A DNA stretch of 64,000 nt, taken from positions 1,401,809 through 1,465,808 of the forward strand of contig CAJINV010000002.1 of the NCBI GenBank assembly GCA_905178155.1. Direction: 5' to 3'. The translations under genes were made by a program, and so were the position numbers. The stretch is from Amoebophrya sp. A120 (lineage: Eukaryota; Protista; Dinoflagellata). The notes beneath the pieces were generated by a model that was not told the origin of the DNA, did no database searches, and saw only the letters and a list, made by a program, of their open reading frames with translations. Positions 13,801 through 25,963 of the stretch are shown here, piece after piece (within the stretch, counting starts at the first letter, position 1; every line of letters starts with the position of its first letter).

Positions 13801-16800
13801 TGGAAACGCCAGCTGAATCACCTCTTCTTTCGATTTCGTTTCCTGCATTTTAGTATTCGTAGCTGCTCCACCTGTAGTTCCGTCGGACGAAGCTGTAGCG
13901 GAAGATGTTGGAACGTCTTGTTTCATCCCTGCTTCCGTTTTCACACTGGCTTGGCCCCTGCTGAATCGCTGGAACATGCTCGGGCTCCTGTTGTCCCCTT
14001 CGGTCTTTTCGGATTTTTTCTCCGTGACAACCACTTTCTTTCGGTACTTCGCCACCATGTATCGCAAAAAAAAATGCATCTCTGGAGTGCTTGTGCTGCT
14101 CCACATGCAAGACGGTGTCTTTTTCGCCGTGTTTTCCCTTAGGAAACTCGCATGGCAAATTCTTTCTGTCATGTAGGACAGACTTGTGATGCAAAACTTG
14201 CAAAATCGTTACAGTGAAACACTTTTTTCTCGCGATACCATGTTCCGCTCGTGCAGTGTCAAAGTCAAAAACTGGGTTAAAGTCTCCGTGAACTCCTCTC
14301 CAATCCGCGCCGCCTGCCGCCACACGTCCCAAAAGTGGGAAAAGGAAAGACCGAGAACATAAACGAGGAGAAAAACTGGTAAAGTCGGCATCAATATTTT
14401 CGGTACATGATTCTTGCTGAAGTTGTGCCCCTCCTCGCAAATCGTGTACACCGTCGAATCCGTCCGAGAAGTAATCGCGCACCCCGTCGAAACTAGCGCG
14501 AAGGAGACGCAAACGGCCGTCATGAGTAAGACATTCGCTAAATGCTCTGTCGCTTCGGACTGGTAGGGAATGTTGTGCATTTTCGCTTTCCGCGACCGTT
14601 TGTAGCGGTCAGCTTCGTTGGACTTCAATTTCGTGCCGTACTTGTTGTACTCCGGCATCCTTTCCTTGCGATTCGCATCAACATTCGTCACCCCATCGAA
14701 AAAATCTTGGAAAGCCGCGAAGGAATCCTTATCTTGCTCCACTCGGTTGGTGTTTTGCATCCCGCTAGTACCACGGTAAGAATTTTCCGCCTTCTCGTCG
14801 CCAGTAAGGGGCAGATCCACGTTCATGTCAAAATGACTCGTTTTTCCGTCATTCTGTGTAGGTGTTACGGGTTTGCTGTTTGTTGAGTCCTTTCTTCTCC
14901 TGCAAAACCCGCAGCAAAACCAGAAGCAGCAGAACCCGACTACGTCGGAGTAAACCACCGCGAAGAGCCGCCTCCGCAAGTACTTCCACAAAATCTGCAC
15001 CCCGTGCCGGAATTCGTCCGCGGAGGTACTGTAGGAGAAAATCCCGGGTGTTTGAATGAAAATCATGCTCGCGTTCGCCCACTGGTGCCGTTGCTGAATC
15101 AACGCGAGCTCCGCGAGTTTGTAGTGCCCCTTGGAATAAGCCGATTCTGCTAAGCGCTTGATTTTTGCGGACGCTTCCTGAAACGCGAAGTTGTGCATCT
15201 TCGTGCTCACTTTCACCGCGTTTCTTCTCGGTTTTGAAGGATTATCATCACTTCGACGTCCCCCGAAAAAAGTCGTGGTCACTTTGTTCAGAAGTCTGCT
15301 ACCGAAAGACTTGCTCTTTGCAGTTTCGCTTGTGTTACTACTGCTTGTTGGCCGAAGATCTTGATCGGTCGCACGGGTACCCTTGTTCTGCTCTCCACCT
15401 GCTCCAGGTACCTCGAGGAAGGGACTGTTCATCTTTGTGTTATCTTTTGCACCAGCATTATGATGTTGTATCACTCGCTTATTTTCGTCCTGGCTTAAAG
15501 AATTCCTGACCCGGTTCAACATCACCCCCGACCCGTGGTACCGCGAGCGTAAGCTGCTCGCCATATCGGAAAATCCCCCGTGGTAATCCTCCTCCTCATC
15601 GATAGTACCAACGCCCGCGTCATCCGCGACATCAACCCCTGGCGATGAAATTTCCTTCACCTCCGGCCCGCCTGCGGATATCGTCACTTTCTTAGACGAA
15701 GACTCGGGAGGATTCTGCTCTCCTTCCGGACTGGTATTGTGGTTGTTCGTACCACTGGTCACACTGACGGCCTCTAACTCTACTTCCATCGCTTCCCCTT
15801 CAGGAGCTTGCTGGTGGATCATGACACCACCAGCAGCAGCAGCAGTCGCCCCCGCACTTCTTTCTTGCACCGTGCTCTGCGCCCGGTCATAGTGTGGATC
15901 GGGGTGGAAAGTAGAGTTGTCGCCATCATGAAGCAGATGTTGCTCCGTGAATCTGGTATGGAGAGCGCGCGGAGAGCCAACTGCTGCTGCACCAGAACTA
16001 CTAGGCACAAATAACCCGCCGTCCTCAGCAGCGTTATGATCCGCTATCGTAGATAAAGCTTGGATGCGCTGGACCGTACTGGGAAGATGATTGTTGCTCT
16101 TCTTCAAAACTGCGCCGTAAGAAGCGTTCCTGGATTGCTGGGATGAAATTCGATCGGACGGCGCGGCGAGACGGTTGCGGAGACGGTCGGACACGAGGCT
16201 ATGGCGTTCTCAAATCGTTACATTCTCAACTGTTACATGAATTTGCAATGCAAGAACAGCAAGAGTCAAGGTGGCAAGTTTGCAGCTTTCGCATCACAGA
16301 TTTGGCACAGATTCAGATGCTGTTTAGCCCTTCGGAGATTTGTCATGCGAAGTCGCCTGATCATCCGGCGGCTTATGGTAGTTTTGCATGACAAATCATG
16401 TAACAGTTGAGTAGGTAACCGATTTGAGAACCCCATAGAGGCGTTTCACGCCCTTGAGAGGCAGGATGTCCTTCGCGAGCTCGGCGTGAACCTATGAAAG
16501 TGCACAACTCTCGTCCCTTCCCCTCATTTGTAATGCAAAATCCGAAGCCCTATCGTTGCGCTGTGGCACGGTTTGCATGACAAATCTCGGAAGCCCAAAC
16601 AGTACTACGCTAGGCACATCAACTTGTCATGCAAAGGCTTCATTTGGACTGGTCTCTGTGTTGCTGTTCATGCCATACAAATGAAGGGCAAGGGGAGGGG
16701 GAGTTGTGCACTCTCATAGAACCGAGGCCACGTCGACGACCCGCTGGGTGATTTCGTAGTGGACCTTTTGGTTCTGCTGCTCCGGATCGAAGCCGGAGGG

Positions 16801-16815
16801 CAGGACGGCGTCCAT
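10840..16815 (-). CDS. Bestrophin-family (RFP-TM-like) membrane protein, interrupted by 9 TAT-ATA elements
   Basis: Spliced frame is continuous from MDAVLPSGF to the stop at 10840. Bestrophin-like segments: VFLLVYVLGLSFSHFWDVW, GLLTESE, LMGLAVDMLDPIAADPDSVP. Family call is by eye. Confidence 0.6.
11187..11405. mobile_element. TAT-ATA element family E
   Basis: TATGAAAGTGCACAA / TTGTGCACTGTCATA; TSD GGGCG/CGGCG. Confidence 0.9.
11485..11638. mobile_element. TAT-ATA element family J
   Basis: TATGCA..AATTTCCCG / CGGGAAAATT..TGGATA; TSD GGAGG/GGACG. Confidence 0.85.
11686..11953. mobile_element. TAT-ATA element family A
   Basis: TATCAA..TGTCTGGGTCTGGAA / TTCCAGACCCAGACA..TTGATA; TSD TGATG. Confidence 0.95.
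12003..12308. mobile_element. TAT-ATA element family K
   Basis: TATTACA..TGCCCCCACCCCC / GGGGGTGGGGGGCA..TGTAATA; TSD GGGTC. Confidence 0.95.
13131..13275. mobile_element. TAT-ATA element family B
   Basis: Family B TIRs; TSD TCAAA. Confidence 0.95.
13477..13800. mobile_element. TAT-ATA element family C
   Basis: TATC..ATCCCCCCTCCCCATA / TATGGGGAGGGGGAT..GATA; TSD TGGAA. Confidence 0.95.
14060..14237. mobile_element. TAT-ATA element family I
   Basis: TATCGCAAAAA / TTTTTTCTCGCGATA; TSD CCATG. Confidence 0.9.
16200..16437. mobile_element. TAT-ATA element family L
   Basis: TATGGCGTTCTCAA / TTGAGAACCCCATA; TSD GAGGC. Confidence 0.95.
16493..16718. mobile_element. TAT-ATA element family E
   Basis: Family E TIRs; TSD GAACC. 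Confidence 0.95.
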
Positions 16816-17285
16816 CTTGATGTTTAGCTGCGAGGACAAAAATGCTGCACCAGTCACCGCAATTTCTATCTCTGTGTGATTGCAGAAAAAACTGCAGTGT
16901 AACGCAAGAACACCAACTGCTCCGAGGTTCAGCCCTCACAGTTATTCTGGCCGGTACGAAAATTCCAGATCCTCTCAAATCGGTTCTTCATGCAGCGAAC
17001 GATTTTTATGACCACAGCTATCTTCTCTTTTTGCACGTGAGAATCTCTCGTACAGCAATCTCTGCCCACTTGGCAATTCTCTCTTTCTATTCGTTTTCGT
17101 TTTCATCTCATCGCCTCTACGTGTCCACTATTTCCAAAAGAACAACGAAGACGCTAAAACGCTAGCGTGCCAACAAGGAGTGAGCACGTGGACCGTGACA
17201 GCTTCCAAGGTAATTCGTCCCTACTTACAGCCACCTCCAGTTCCTTCTAGTAGGCATAGATATTTCGATCCCGCGAGACGACCTA

Positions 17286-19431
17286 TCACTTCAACAAATG
17301 CAGCATCAGATGCGGTTTGATTTTCTCAATCGTGAACGCGGCTTCGCTATACGTTTTTGGCAAAGCACTTTTCTCCTCCACCTCCCCCAATTCCACTTTC
17401 CTCCTAATCCAAGCGAAGACCGTGTTCAAATCTCTCTTATCCAACAATCGATGGTAAGTTTCCATATGAACTGCAAAAGCAAAAGTACCGCACTCGTATA
17501 GTAAATGCATTATAAATTTCCTCAGCATGAGAGATAAAATCTGTAATGCGGATTTACCGTAAGAAAAAGATTTGTAATGCATGATTGCACTACGACTGCG
17601 ATACTTTTGCACAGGATATTCCAGTGGCTCCAGCAATTCCACGAATTCGGGTAAAAACTCCGGGTGCACTTTCTCGAACAAAACCGTGAAAAATTGCTCG
17701 GGTAAAAGAGAAAACCGGAAATACAGCTCCATCTGCAGCATGAACTGCGACAAGGATCTTCGCGCGTGGTGGAGGAGCACACCTTGATCCAATTGCGGGG
17801 GTTGGGGCGATAGCACCGGTTGCAGCTGTGAAGCAGACGAGTAGGATGAACTTTGCGTATTATAAGCTGGGTTCGCGTACGACGCGGTAGTTATCCAATT
17901 ATGCGTGGAGGAGCTGATTAGGCTGTTCGGCAGGATTCTCAACTCCACGTAGCGCAAACCGTAATACACCGCCGGGGAGGAGATTAGGAGATGTTCTTTC
18001 TTTTCCTTTTCTCTGTCTCGGTCATTCTGTAGTTTGGTATTTGTAGTACCTCCGTGGTCAGCAGCACCACCACCAACAGCAGAACCACTATCGGCATAAA
18101 GATTATCTTCTGCTGCACTCGTACTGAAGCTGGCGGCGGTCCGCAGCATAATTTGGTTGTGTTTTAGCAGTCGCAGGTCCTCCTGTAGGTTTTTCGAGCG
18201 AAAGTCCCGAATATGCAATGCAAAAGCATTAGCATCGTACTAGTATAAATCGCATGACAAATTCCCTCAGCATGAAAAATGGATTTTGTAATGCGGATTT
18301 AGGTTAAGAGGGAGATTTGTAATGCATGACTGCGATTACTACGAGTACGATACTTTTGCACAGGATACCGAAGCAGATCTAAGGAACTGGATTCCAGGTT
18401 GTACAGCTCCGTTATGGGAGTGTCAGGTTTGAAATCGACAAAGTTGAAATACTTGTAATGCATAAAATCGATACCAGTTGGAAGCCCAATTTTCGAGCGG
18501 TGCATGACAAATTTCGGCCACGTCTAAATCCACTTTGTCATGCTGTTTTGGGACAGAAGGCATCTTTTGTCATGCTACTTCAGCAGCTCTACCGCAGACC
18601 CCAAACAGGCTGACAATCGGCCTCACTTGCCGTCCCTGCAAGAGAGGCACTTCATGCCTTGCAATTTTTGCATGAGAAATTATTTCAACTTTGACGATTT
18701 CAATCCTGACGCTTCCATATCCGTCACCATGTCGTTAATCAACGGCGCGTACATTTGCTTCTCGTTGATCCGTATGAACTGCAAAAGTATCGTACTCGTA
18801 TCTATGAGTTGCATTTATGCATTACAAATTTCTTTTTCAAGCTAAATCAGCATGACAAATTCCATTTGTCATGCTGAGCTAATTTGTATTGCAATACTAC
18901 GAGTACGATGCTTTTGCATTTCATAATCCGCAGCGTCTCGTAGTTGATCGCGATCAGGAATAACAACGATATCCAGCTCAACACCGCTTCGGTGTACTTC
19001 TGCTCTTGCGGCTTTTTTGGGGTGGGAGGGGGAGCGGCAGAGACTCTTTCCTCGTCGGTAGAAGTGCCGGAATAGGTAAAGGAACTAGCGGAGGAGGTTC
19101 CAGAAGACCCGGCGGTGAGACAGAGAAGGAGGCCACCGTCGTTAATATCGTCTGCTTGTTGATCGTCGTCGTCGGCCACTGGTGGTAAATACTCGTGATT
19201 TTCCCCATCATTCTCAGGTACGGAAATCCTCGGTCGGGGGAACAACCGGCGACTAGAGCTGGAGGAAGAGGCTGCAGCTCCGCCTGGTGCGCCGTCTATA
19301 TCGGCATTCTCATCGGCACCATCGCCCGAAGATCTTCCTGCTCCGACCGCAGCGGCTAGCAGATTGTTTCTGCGCGGCCCCCCGGGAGAGGACCCCCGCG
19401 AGTGGTTGGAACTGGTGGAGGAGCGCTTCAT
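17286..19431 (-). CDS. Hypothetical protein interrupted by 4 elements
   Basis: Spliced junctions YETLRI|NEKQ, DMVTE|LYNL, DLLR|DFRS and EPLE|TYHR keep one frame. Confidence 0.7.
17465..17618. mobile_element. TAT-ATA element family B
   Basis: Family B TIRs; TSD TTCCA. Confidence 0.95.
18212..18367. mobile_element. TAT-ATA element family B
   Basis: Family B TIRs; TSD CCGAA. Confidence 0.95.
18413..18719. mobile_element. TAT-ATA element family D
   Basis: TATGG..GTCAGG..AAATCGACAAAG / CTTTGACGATTT..CCTGAC..CCATA; TSD TCCGT. Confidence 0.95.
18773..18925. mobile_element. TAT-ATA element family B
   Basis: Family B TIRs; TSD ATCCG. Confidence 0.95.
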
Positions 19432-20017
19432 GATTTTTGGCTGATCGCGCAGTTACTCCTACTTCTTCTTGCTGGAAAGATACAAAAGAACTTCTACTTC
19501 TTTTCTCGCGAAATCCATGCATCACGATCACCACTTTCAAGCGGTCAAAGAAATATCGCTCCATTTAAGGATCTTCTTTGTGGGCCTGGGCGGCAAAAAC
19601 AAAAAAGTCGAAACTTTGGCCGGCTCAGTTTACTCGTTGTGCTGCTCGTGAAGCGCCAGTGTAGGTAGTTATCTCTTGCGAGCAGTAGATGAAGATGCTT
19701 AAAGAAAACCGCGATCGCGTTGAAAAAAGCTTCGGATCGAAACCTCGATGGTGGGTGCAGGACGAGGATCATCAAGTATGCAATTCAAGAACCGCAGATC
19801 TTCATCAGCATCTTGATCTTCCCCAGCAAGCATCACGACTTTGCGGACCGAAAGTGGAAGACAGTCAGGAGAACAACTCGTTACCAGTAACTGTTCCATT
19901 TTGCACTTGCAGCTTAACGGTGTAGTATTTCTTCGCCTTGAAACGAACGGAAGTAAAGTTGGAAACGGTATTACGGGCAGAATGGCTGTCACCTAATTAT
20001 CCTACAGAAGAAATTTT

Positions 20018-21703
20018 TCACGTATCGAAACTTTCGTCCTCCTCATCCTCGACATGTTGTCCTTCGCTCATCAATCGCATCGGAGCCCCCCCGCGCCCTA
20101 CCGGACTGACAATCCGTCTCCCGGTCGGGCTCCCCCGGATGATTTGTTGCCCGATCAGGTTTATGTTAATCGAACTCGGCGAAGCCGAGTTGTACTTCTC
20201 TCGGTTCTTTTTCTTTTTCTTTTTCCTTTTGGAAGCAGACTTTTTCTTCTTGGAATCTTTATCGCTTTCCTCGCTGGAAGAACTGCTGCTGGTACTTTCG
20301 CTTGTTGACATCGGCTCGCTCTTCTGCCGTCTCCTTCGTGGAGAGGATTTTTTTCTCCCGGCCCTTCCTGAAGACCCGCTCCTGTTGTTCCTCACCTGGT
20401 CGTCCACAGCCACGGCGTTTACGACCACGATATCCCCACTCCGGTACTCATGGTCGTATGCGACGGGCATTCTTTTTGCCCCGTTGGAATTGCTTTTATC
20501 ACCCCCGGCGGTGTTTGTCTTGCTAGAACGCTCTGCAGAAATTGCCTGCGATCCAGAAGAGGTGGATCCTGCTGTAGTAGTCCTCACATTTTTTGGTGCC
20601 GCCGGGGAAGCTGCGGTCGGTCCTGTTTGTGGCTGAACTGCTGGAGTTCGAGTCTTCTCCACGGTCGCGCGCTGTGCTTGCGCACCACTCGGAGTGTCGT
20701 TACTCGGTGCTATTGCGCCTCCACTGATCATCTCTACTGCTCCCCCGCCGTCTCCGACGCCAGTATTACCGGCCTGCTGCTTCGGAATTGTTGCTTTGCT
20801 GTCTCGTTCTGTTACCTGAACCAGGCTTCCGGGTCGTGATTCCCCTGGTCGTGTAGTGGATGCTGGTCCAGATTCCGATTTAGAAATTCCGGCGTCAGCG
20901 GACCCCCGCCCTGGTTCCTCCCCAGCTGACGCCTCATCGTCCGACTCGGGTAGCAGACGAATCTGATGTTGCAAATTCGGTTGACACACTTCTGTTAACA
21001 CATCACGTTGCGGCCATGCGATATCTCTTAGAAGGTGGAGCGCACGGACAAGGACGAGGACGATTGCAATTTTTATAAATGCGAACAAACGTAGCACGAG
21101 GGAGCGCAAGTATCAATCTGTTCCTCCTCAGAATAAACATCAACCGCACTATACCTGCAACTCCCCCGGCGACAGTGCCCCGTTTGGATCCTTCACGGCT
21201 TTCAGCGCCAACCCGCGCACCGCCGTGCTGTCGCGGTCCTCGATCGTGTGCAAGAACAGCTGCGCCACGCCGACACAGGTATCTTTTTGCACGTCGTTTG
21301 GTTTCTCGCGGTCCGCGTACTCTTTCCGGTGGATACTGAACCGGACCGGCGGAGGGGGTGGGGAGGAAGTGGAAGAGGAAGACGATGCGCTACTTGCAGC
21401 GGTAGTTGTACTCACGTCGATGTCAGAGACAATGAAGGGGTGGTCTTCTACCTCGTGGTGATCTTCTCCTCGTTCACCACCACCCTCTCCCTCCTTATCT
21501 TCCGCGTGCAATACAAATTGCACTTCCGGCGCATCCACAGTCTCATCATCCACCACTCCCGCTACCGCGGAATCGTAGAACACCACCCTCTGCTTCTCTT
21601 TATCGCTCCTCGTGACCCAGACGCGAACGTAGAAGCTCTGCTGACTGGGAATCAAAAGGTCCGCCGAAAGCTTGTGCAGCTTCACAACTTCGAGTTGCTT
21701 CAT
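20018..21703 (-). CDS. Hypothetical protein with possible C2-like N-terminus and Ser/Lys-rich tail; canonical GT-AG intron about 20963-21154
   Basis: ORFs 21149..21703 and 20018..21109 join as GELQ|IRLLPE via GTATAG...CATCAG. The 3' end is uncertain. Confidence 0.5.
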
Positions 21704-22395
21704 GGTTCTTTTTGTTTTTGGATGCTTATCCCCCTTGGAGGTGGTGGTGTTGCTGTTTTACGATATGATTTTTTTTCAAGAGAGGGCACCTAGTGCGGCT
21801 TCGGTTCATTTTTGCCTTTCGTATTGCTCTTGTTTCACGTGATACGAATGCCGAAGACAGCTTCACCATCCAGCTACAACTCGTCACGTCGGCGCTGCAG
21901 TACATATCGAACAAAATCGCTATGAACTCGCTTGCTACGAAATAAACTACAAACCACAAATCTCATGATAGATTCTGCCTTGCAGAATCTCGCTCTACCA
22001 TCTTCACTCGCACGAAAGAGAAAACGAATTCAAAACTTCTCTCCATAATTTGAAGATGAGAACAGACGCGAGGTGACGCAGACGAGAGCTGCGAGACCCA
22101 GAGTCAACAACCCGCATAGAAGCAGATCGTGAAAAAGGTTGGGTTCATTTTTTTAGTTCCGGATACGCATACGCCTGGGCAGGCAGACTTCCATACTGAC
22201 TACTACTTGGTTTTCCATGGCAACAAGAATGCTCGTGGTTTTTTTTGGGTATTGCCATCATCTGCTCCGATGTGCTCAGGCTCACCCTGCACTGTGCACG
22301 CCGCAGTCCTGTTCGGCAAGAACTATATCGACCTGGTACACAATCTCGGGGTTCGTGGCGCGCCTCGCAGCCTTGGATCGCACCCACGAGCAGGT

Positions 22396-22647
22396 TATCA
22401 AATGCAAAAACGTCTGGGTCTGGAAGAGTCGGGGCTTGTCATGCAGATTTTGCATGACCCGTGAGGTCTGTGATGCTGGTGCTAGCATCACAGATTTTTT
22501 GAGAGCTTCTTGATGCTAATTACGCATGACAAATGCCCTCTCCGCGTAGCACAAACTGGACCTTTCTTGCTGGTCATGCAACACTAATTTTTTTAGAATC
22601 CATGACAAGTTGGATTCTTCCAGACCCAGACATATTTGCATTTGATA
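22396..22647. mobile_element. TAT-ATA element family A
   Basis: Family A TIRs; TSD CAGGT/CACGT. Confidence 0.9.
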
Positions 22648-22705
22648 CACGTCGACAGTTCAGCCCCTGCTTCCGCCACGTTGCGATTGGCAACGGCCGT
22701 CCCGA

Positions 22706-22967
22706 TATCAACTGTAAAAATGTCTGGGTCTGGAAGGTTCTGACACTTGTCATGCACGTTTTGCACGAGCCCTGATGTCTGTGATGCATGCCCTAGCATC
22801 ACAGATTTTTTGAGAGCTTCTTGATGCCTATTCCGCATGACAAATGCCCTCTCCGCGTAGCAAAAATTGCATTCCTTTTGGTACTCATGCAATACAGATT
22901 TTTCTGGAATCCAAATGCAGCATCACAAGTTGCATTTTCCCAGACCCAGACATTTTTACATTTGATA
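22706..22967. mobile_element. TAT-ATA element family A without a matching TSD
   Basis: Family A TIRs; flanks CCCGA / GCGCG do not match. Confidence 0.9.
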
Positions 22968-23023
22968 GCGCGCTGCTTGGGTCAAAACTCCCCAAGAAGA
23001 TTCCGTTGTCAATCAGGAGGTAA

Positions 23024-23287
23024 TATGGATTGCAAAAATGTCTGGGTCATCTGGAAGAATGGAAGGTCTGTCATGCTCCGGTAGCATGACTCCAAGGTCT
23101 GTCATGCTCGTTGCCCAAAAGTAGTCCCACTTTTCTGTCATGCCGAAAGGCGGTTTGTCATGCAGAATTATACCCAACACCTAGCAAGTCAGAAACTTGT
23201 CATGCTGAGCCGTCACTTATGGCGTCGTCAGGATTCGCCAACCAGCATCACAAGTTTCCAGACCCATAGACATATTTGCAGTTAATA
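23024..23287. mobile_element. TAT-ATA element family A (variant)
   Basis: Family A-like TIRs; TSD GGTAA. Confidence 0.9.
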
Positions 23288-23497
23288 GGTAAAACGGCTT
23301 CAGAAAGTCTCGATCCCCCGCCTGGTTGGTGTTCCAAACGCGCAGTTTGGTGAGGGGCACCGGGAAGCCGTCGTAGCTTTTCCACTCCCAAAAGGGGTAG
23401 CTGGCTGAGCTTTCGGAATAGTAACAGAAGTTGATCGCCTCATTCAGGAAATCCCGGTGCACCCCGTCCGGGGTCTGCAGAAAGTCGGCCCGGTGGG

Positions 23498-23738
23498 TAT
23501 GCAAGAAAAAAACGGCGTAAGTGTATTAAAAATTTGTGTTGCAGGGGATGCAAGTAGATGCGTACACTTGTCATGCTGGACATGCATCAGAGGTTCTTCT
23601 CGTAGTACTTAAGTGTTTTCACTGATACTAGCTACGCATGAGAGGTCTATTTCTCTGTCATACAGAGCAAATTTGTGATGCTGTTCCTCCAAGAAGGTTA
23701 GGGTTACACTTAGACTTACACACTTTTTTTCCCGGATA
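23498..23738. mobile_element. TAT-ATA element family M
   Basis: TATGCAAGAAAAAAA..GTAAGT / ACTTAC..TTTTTTCCCGGATA; TSD GTGGG. Confidence 0.9.
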
Positions 23739-23775
23739 GTGGGGGTTGATCTTGTAGTTGCTCAGGACCTGGTGC

Positions 23776-24028
23776 TATCAAATGCAAAAATGTCTGGGTC
23801 TGGAAACTTGTAATGCTGCGCTGGGAATAGTGAATGCTCTGTAATGCACAGCCAAGCATGAGAAATATCTGCGCTTCTTTGTGTTGCGATTTTCGCATGA
23901 CAAACTGCGTTTTTGCACGACAGGAAAAAGGGTCTCTTCTTGGACACGCATCACAAGCTTGATGGTCATGCCAGACAAGCATGACAAATCTTGCAATCTC
24001 CCAGACCCAGACATTTTTGCATTTCATA
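23776..24028. mobile_element. TAT-ATA element family A
   Basis: Family A TIRs; TSD GGTGC/GGTAC. Confidence 0.9.
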
Positions 24029-24085
24029 GGTACGATCGCTTCAGGGTGTGGCGGGCGGCGAACGCCGCCTCTTTCCTGCCCTGCG

Positions 24086-24229
24086 TATCCTGTGCAAAAG
24101 TATCGCACTCGTATTGCAATCATGCATTACAAATTTTTTTTTAAGGCTCGTCCGCATTACAAATTTCATTCCTCATGCTGAGGAAATTTGTAATGCATTT
24201 ATACGAGTACGGTACTTTTGCAGTTCATA
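24086..24229. mobile_element. TAT-ATA element family B
   Basis: Family B TIRs; TSD CTGCG. Confidence 0.95.
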
Positions 24230-24332
24230 CTGCGTAGCGGTGAGCCACTCGTGGCCCAGAAAGAGGCTGTAGTCCGTGCAGTGGTGCTGTTCGTCCTGTA
24301 GTCCCGTGTCGGAATGCACCAAAGCGGACAGT

Positions 24333-24634
24333 CATCCTATGCAAAAACGTCCCCACCCCAAAGTTGTCATGCAAATCTGCATGGGAAAAATCTTTCTCAT
24401 GCGGAGCCCCATGAGACGCGTTTCATTCTTCGTCACGTTGTGGAATTTGTGACGCTCGAACTCGCATGATTATAGGCGAGATCTGTGATGCTGCTGGAGC
24501 TACTAGCTAAACAGAACTACACTACACCAAGGCCAAACCTTTCATGCGCAGCTGCAGCAAGCAAAGCTGGGTGATTTGTCTAGCAGATTTCACATCTTGA
24601 CTATGGGGTCGTGGGCGCGTTTTTACAAAGGATA
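24333..24634. mobile_element. TAT-ATA element family H (left end CAT)
   Basis: Similar to 4795-5076; TSD ACAGT. Confidence 0.9.
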
Positions 24635-24644
24635 ACAGTGCAGC

Positions 24645-24965
24645 TATCGTAAGGAAAAATCCCCCCTCCCCATAACAAAAAGGAAGCCACAGAAAATTTG
24701 CAATGCTGATTTGTGACCACAAGTCGGGTCTGTCTTGCCAGTAGGCAACTCCACAGGCTCCGCCGCATTATGCAGGCGATTTGTGATGCTGTTGGGCCTA
24801 CGGCGTGGACACTTGTAATGCCAGGCGCCTATGTCAACACCTCGCTGCCCAGGGTTGGCACATGCCTGCACTCCTCTACTGCAAGACAAATCTGATTTGT
24901 GTACGCAAATCCAGCATCACAAATTTCCTTTTCGATATGGGGAGGGGGTATTTTTCCTTTTGATA
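24645..24965. mobile_element. TAT-ATA element family C
   Basis: Family C TIRs; TSD GCAGC. Confidence 0.95.
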
Positions 24966-25004
24966 GCAGCGTTGCTCGGGAGCTCGTTCAACGTGTCCGT
25001 TTTC

Positions 25005-25337
25005 TATTGTGAGGAAAAATTCCCCCGCCTCCCCATACTGAAAAGGTACGCTTCGAAAATAGATTTGCGATGCTGATTTGTGGCCACAAGTCCTGTCTCT
25101 CATGCAAGACGGCAAAGCCAAAGAATCCGCCGGATCTTGATGCAGGCGGTTTGTAATGCTGTTGCGGCTACATGGCAAGCCTCTGCAGTATGCGAAGCAC
25201 CTACACCAAAACACTCCTACGCAGGCCTCGGCTCTGCCTGCAGTGCCTCACTGCAAGACAGAGCTGATTTGTGTACACAAATTCAGCAACAGAAATCCCC
25301 GCTTCAACATGGGGAGGAGGGGTTTTTCACTTTGATA
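25005..25337. mobile_element. TAT-ATA element family C
   Basis: Family C TIRs; TSD TTTTC. Confidence 0.95.
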
Positions 25338-25655
25338 TTTTCGCGCTGGGGTTCACGCGCCGCTCGTAGTTTGGTTCCGCCCACAAGGAGTAAGAATAAT
25401 CAGCAGATGGACCCGCAGCCCAGGCCGCGATCTCGTCGGGCCGCTTCTCGTCCTTTCCGAAGGGTAGTTGCAACTCGTCTTCCACCAGGGTTGTACCGGC
25501 GTCTGCCATCAGCGTCTCCTCCTCCGGTAACACCCGGTCCGGGAATTGCCTCTTCAGCGTAAACACTGTCTCGTCGTCCCCGCTGGGCCGCTTGGTTGCG
25601 GGCGTCCCAGACACCAGTTGCAAGCCCTTCACGAGACCGAAGCTGCTCCCGGCGC

Positions 25656-25963
25656 TGTGGAAGTGTCAGAATCGAAATCGACACAATCGAAAAACTTGTG
25701 ATGCACAAAATCGATGCCAGTTGGAGCCTTAGTTTCCAAGTGGCGCATGACAAATTTCGGAACCACCAAAATCCAGTCTGTCATGCTGTTCGGGACCACC
25801 TGCTCCTGTCATGCTACTCTGGCAACACATTTCATACGACCACCCCTAAACAGGCTCACAATCGGTCTCATTTGCCTGCTCCCCAATACAGGCCTCGCGT
25901 GCCCCGCATTTTATGCATCACAAATTTTTCGATTTTGTCGATTTCGATCCTGACACCCCCATA
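25656..25963. mobile_element. TAT-ATA element family D (left end TGT)
   Basis: Family D TIRs; TSD GGCGC. Confidence 0.9.

Noticed and set aside
17465-17618. In-frame read-through of some elements (11485, 17465, 35151) as genuine coding sequence
   Set aside because: Element plus TSD is a multiple of 3 without a stop by chance; they have the same TIR/TSD structure as frame-breaking copies. Retention is not formally excluded.
22660-22662. Selenocysteine or recoded TGA
   Set aside because: A single case in an apparently decaying fragment; TGA serves as a normal stop elsewhere (e.g. 38077) and no SECIS was identified.
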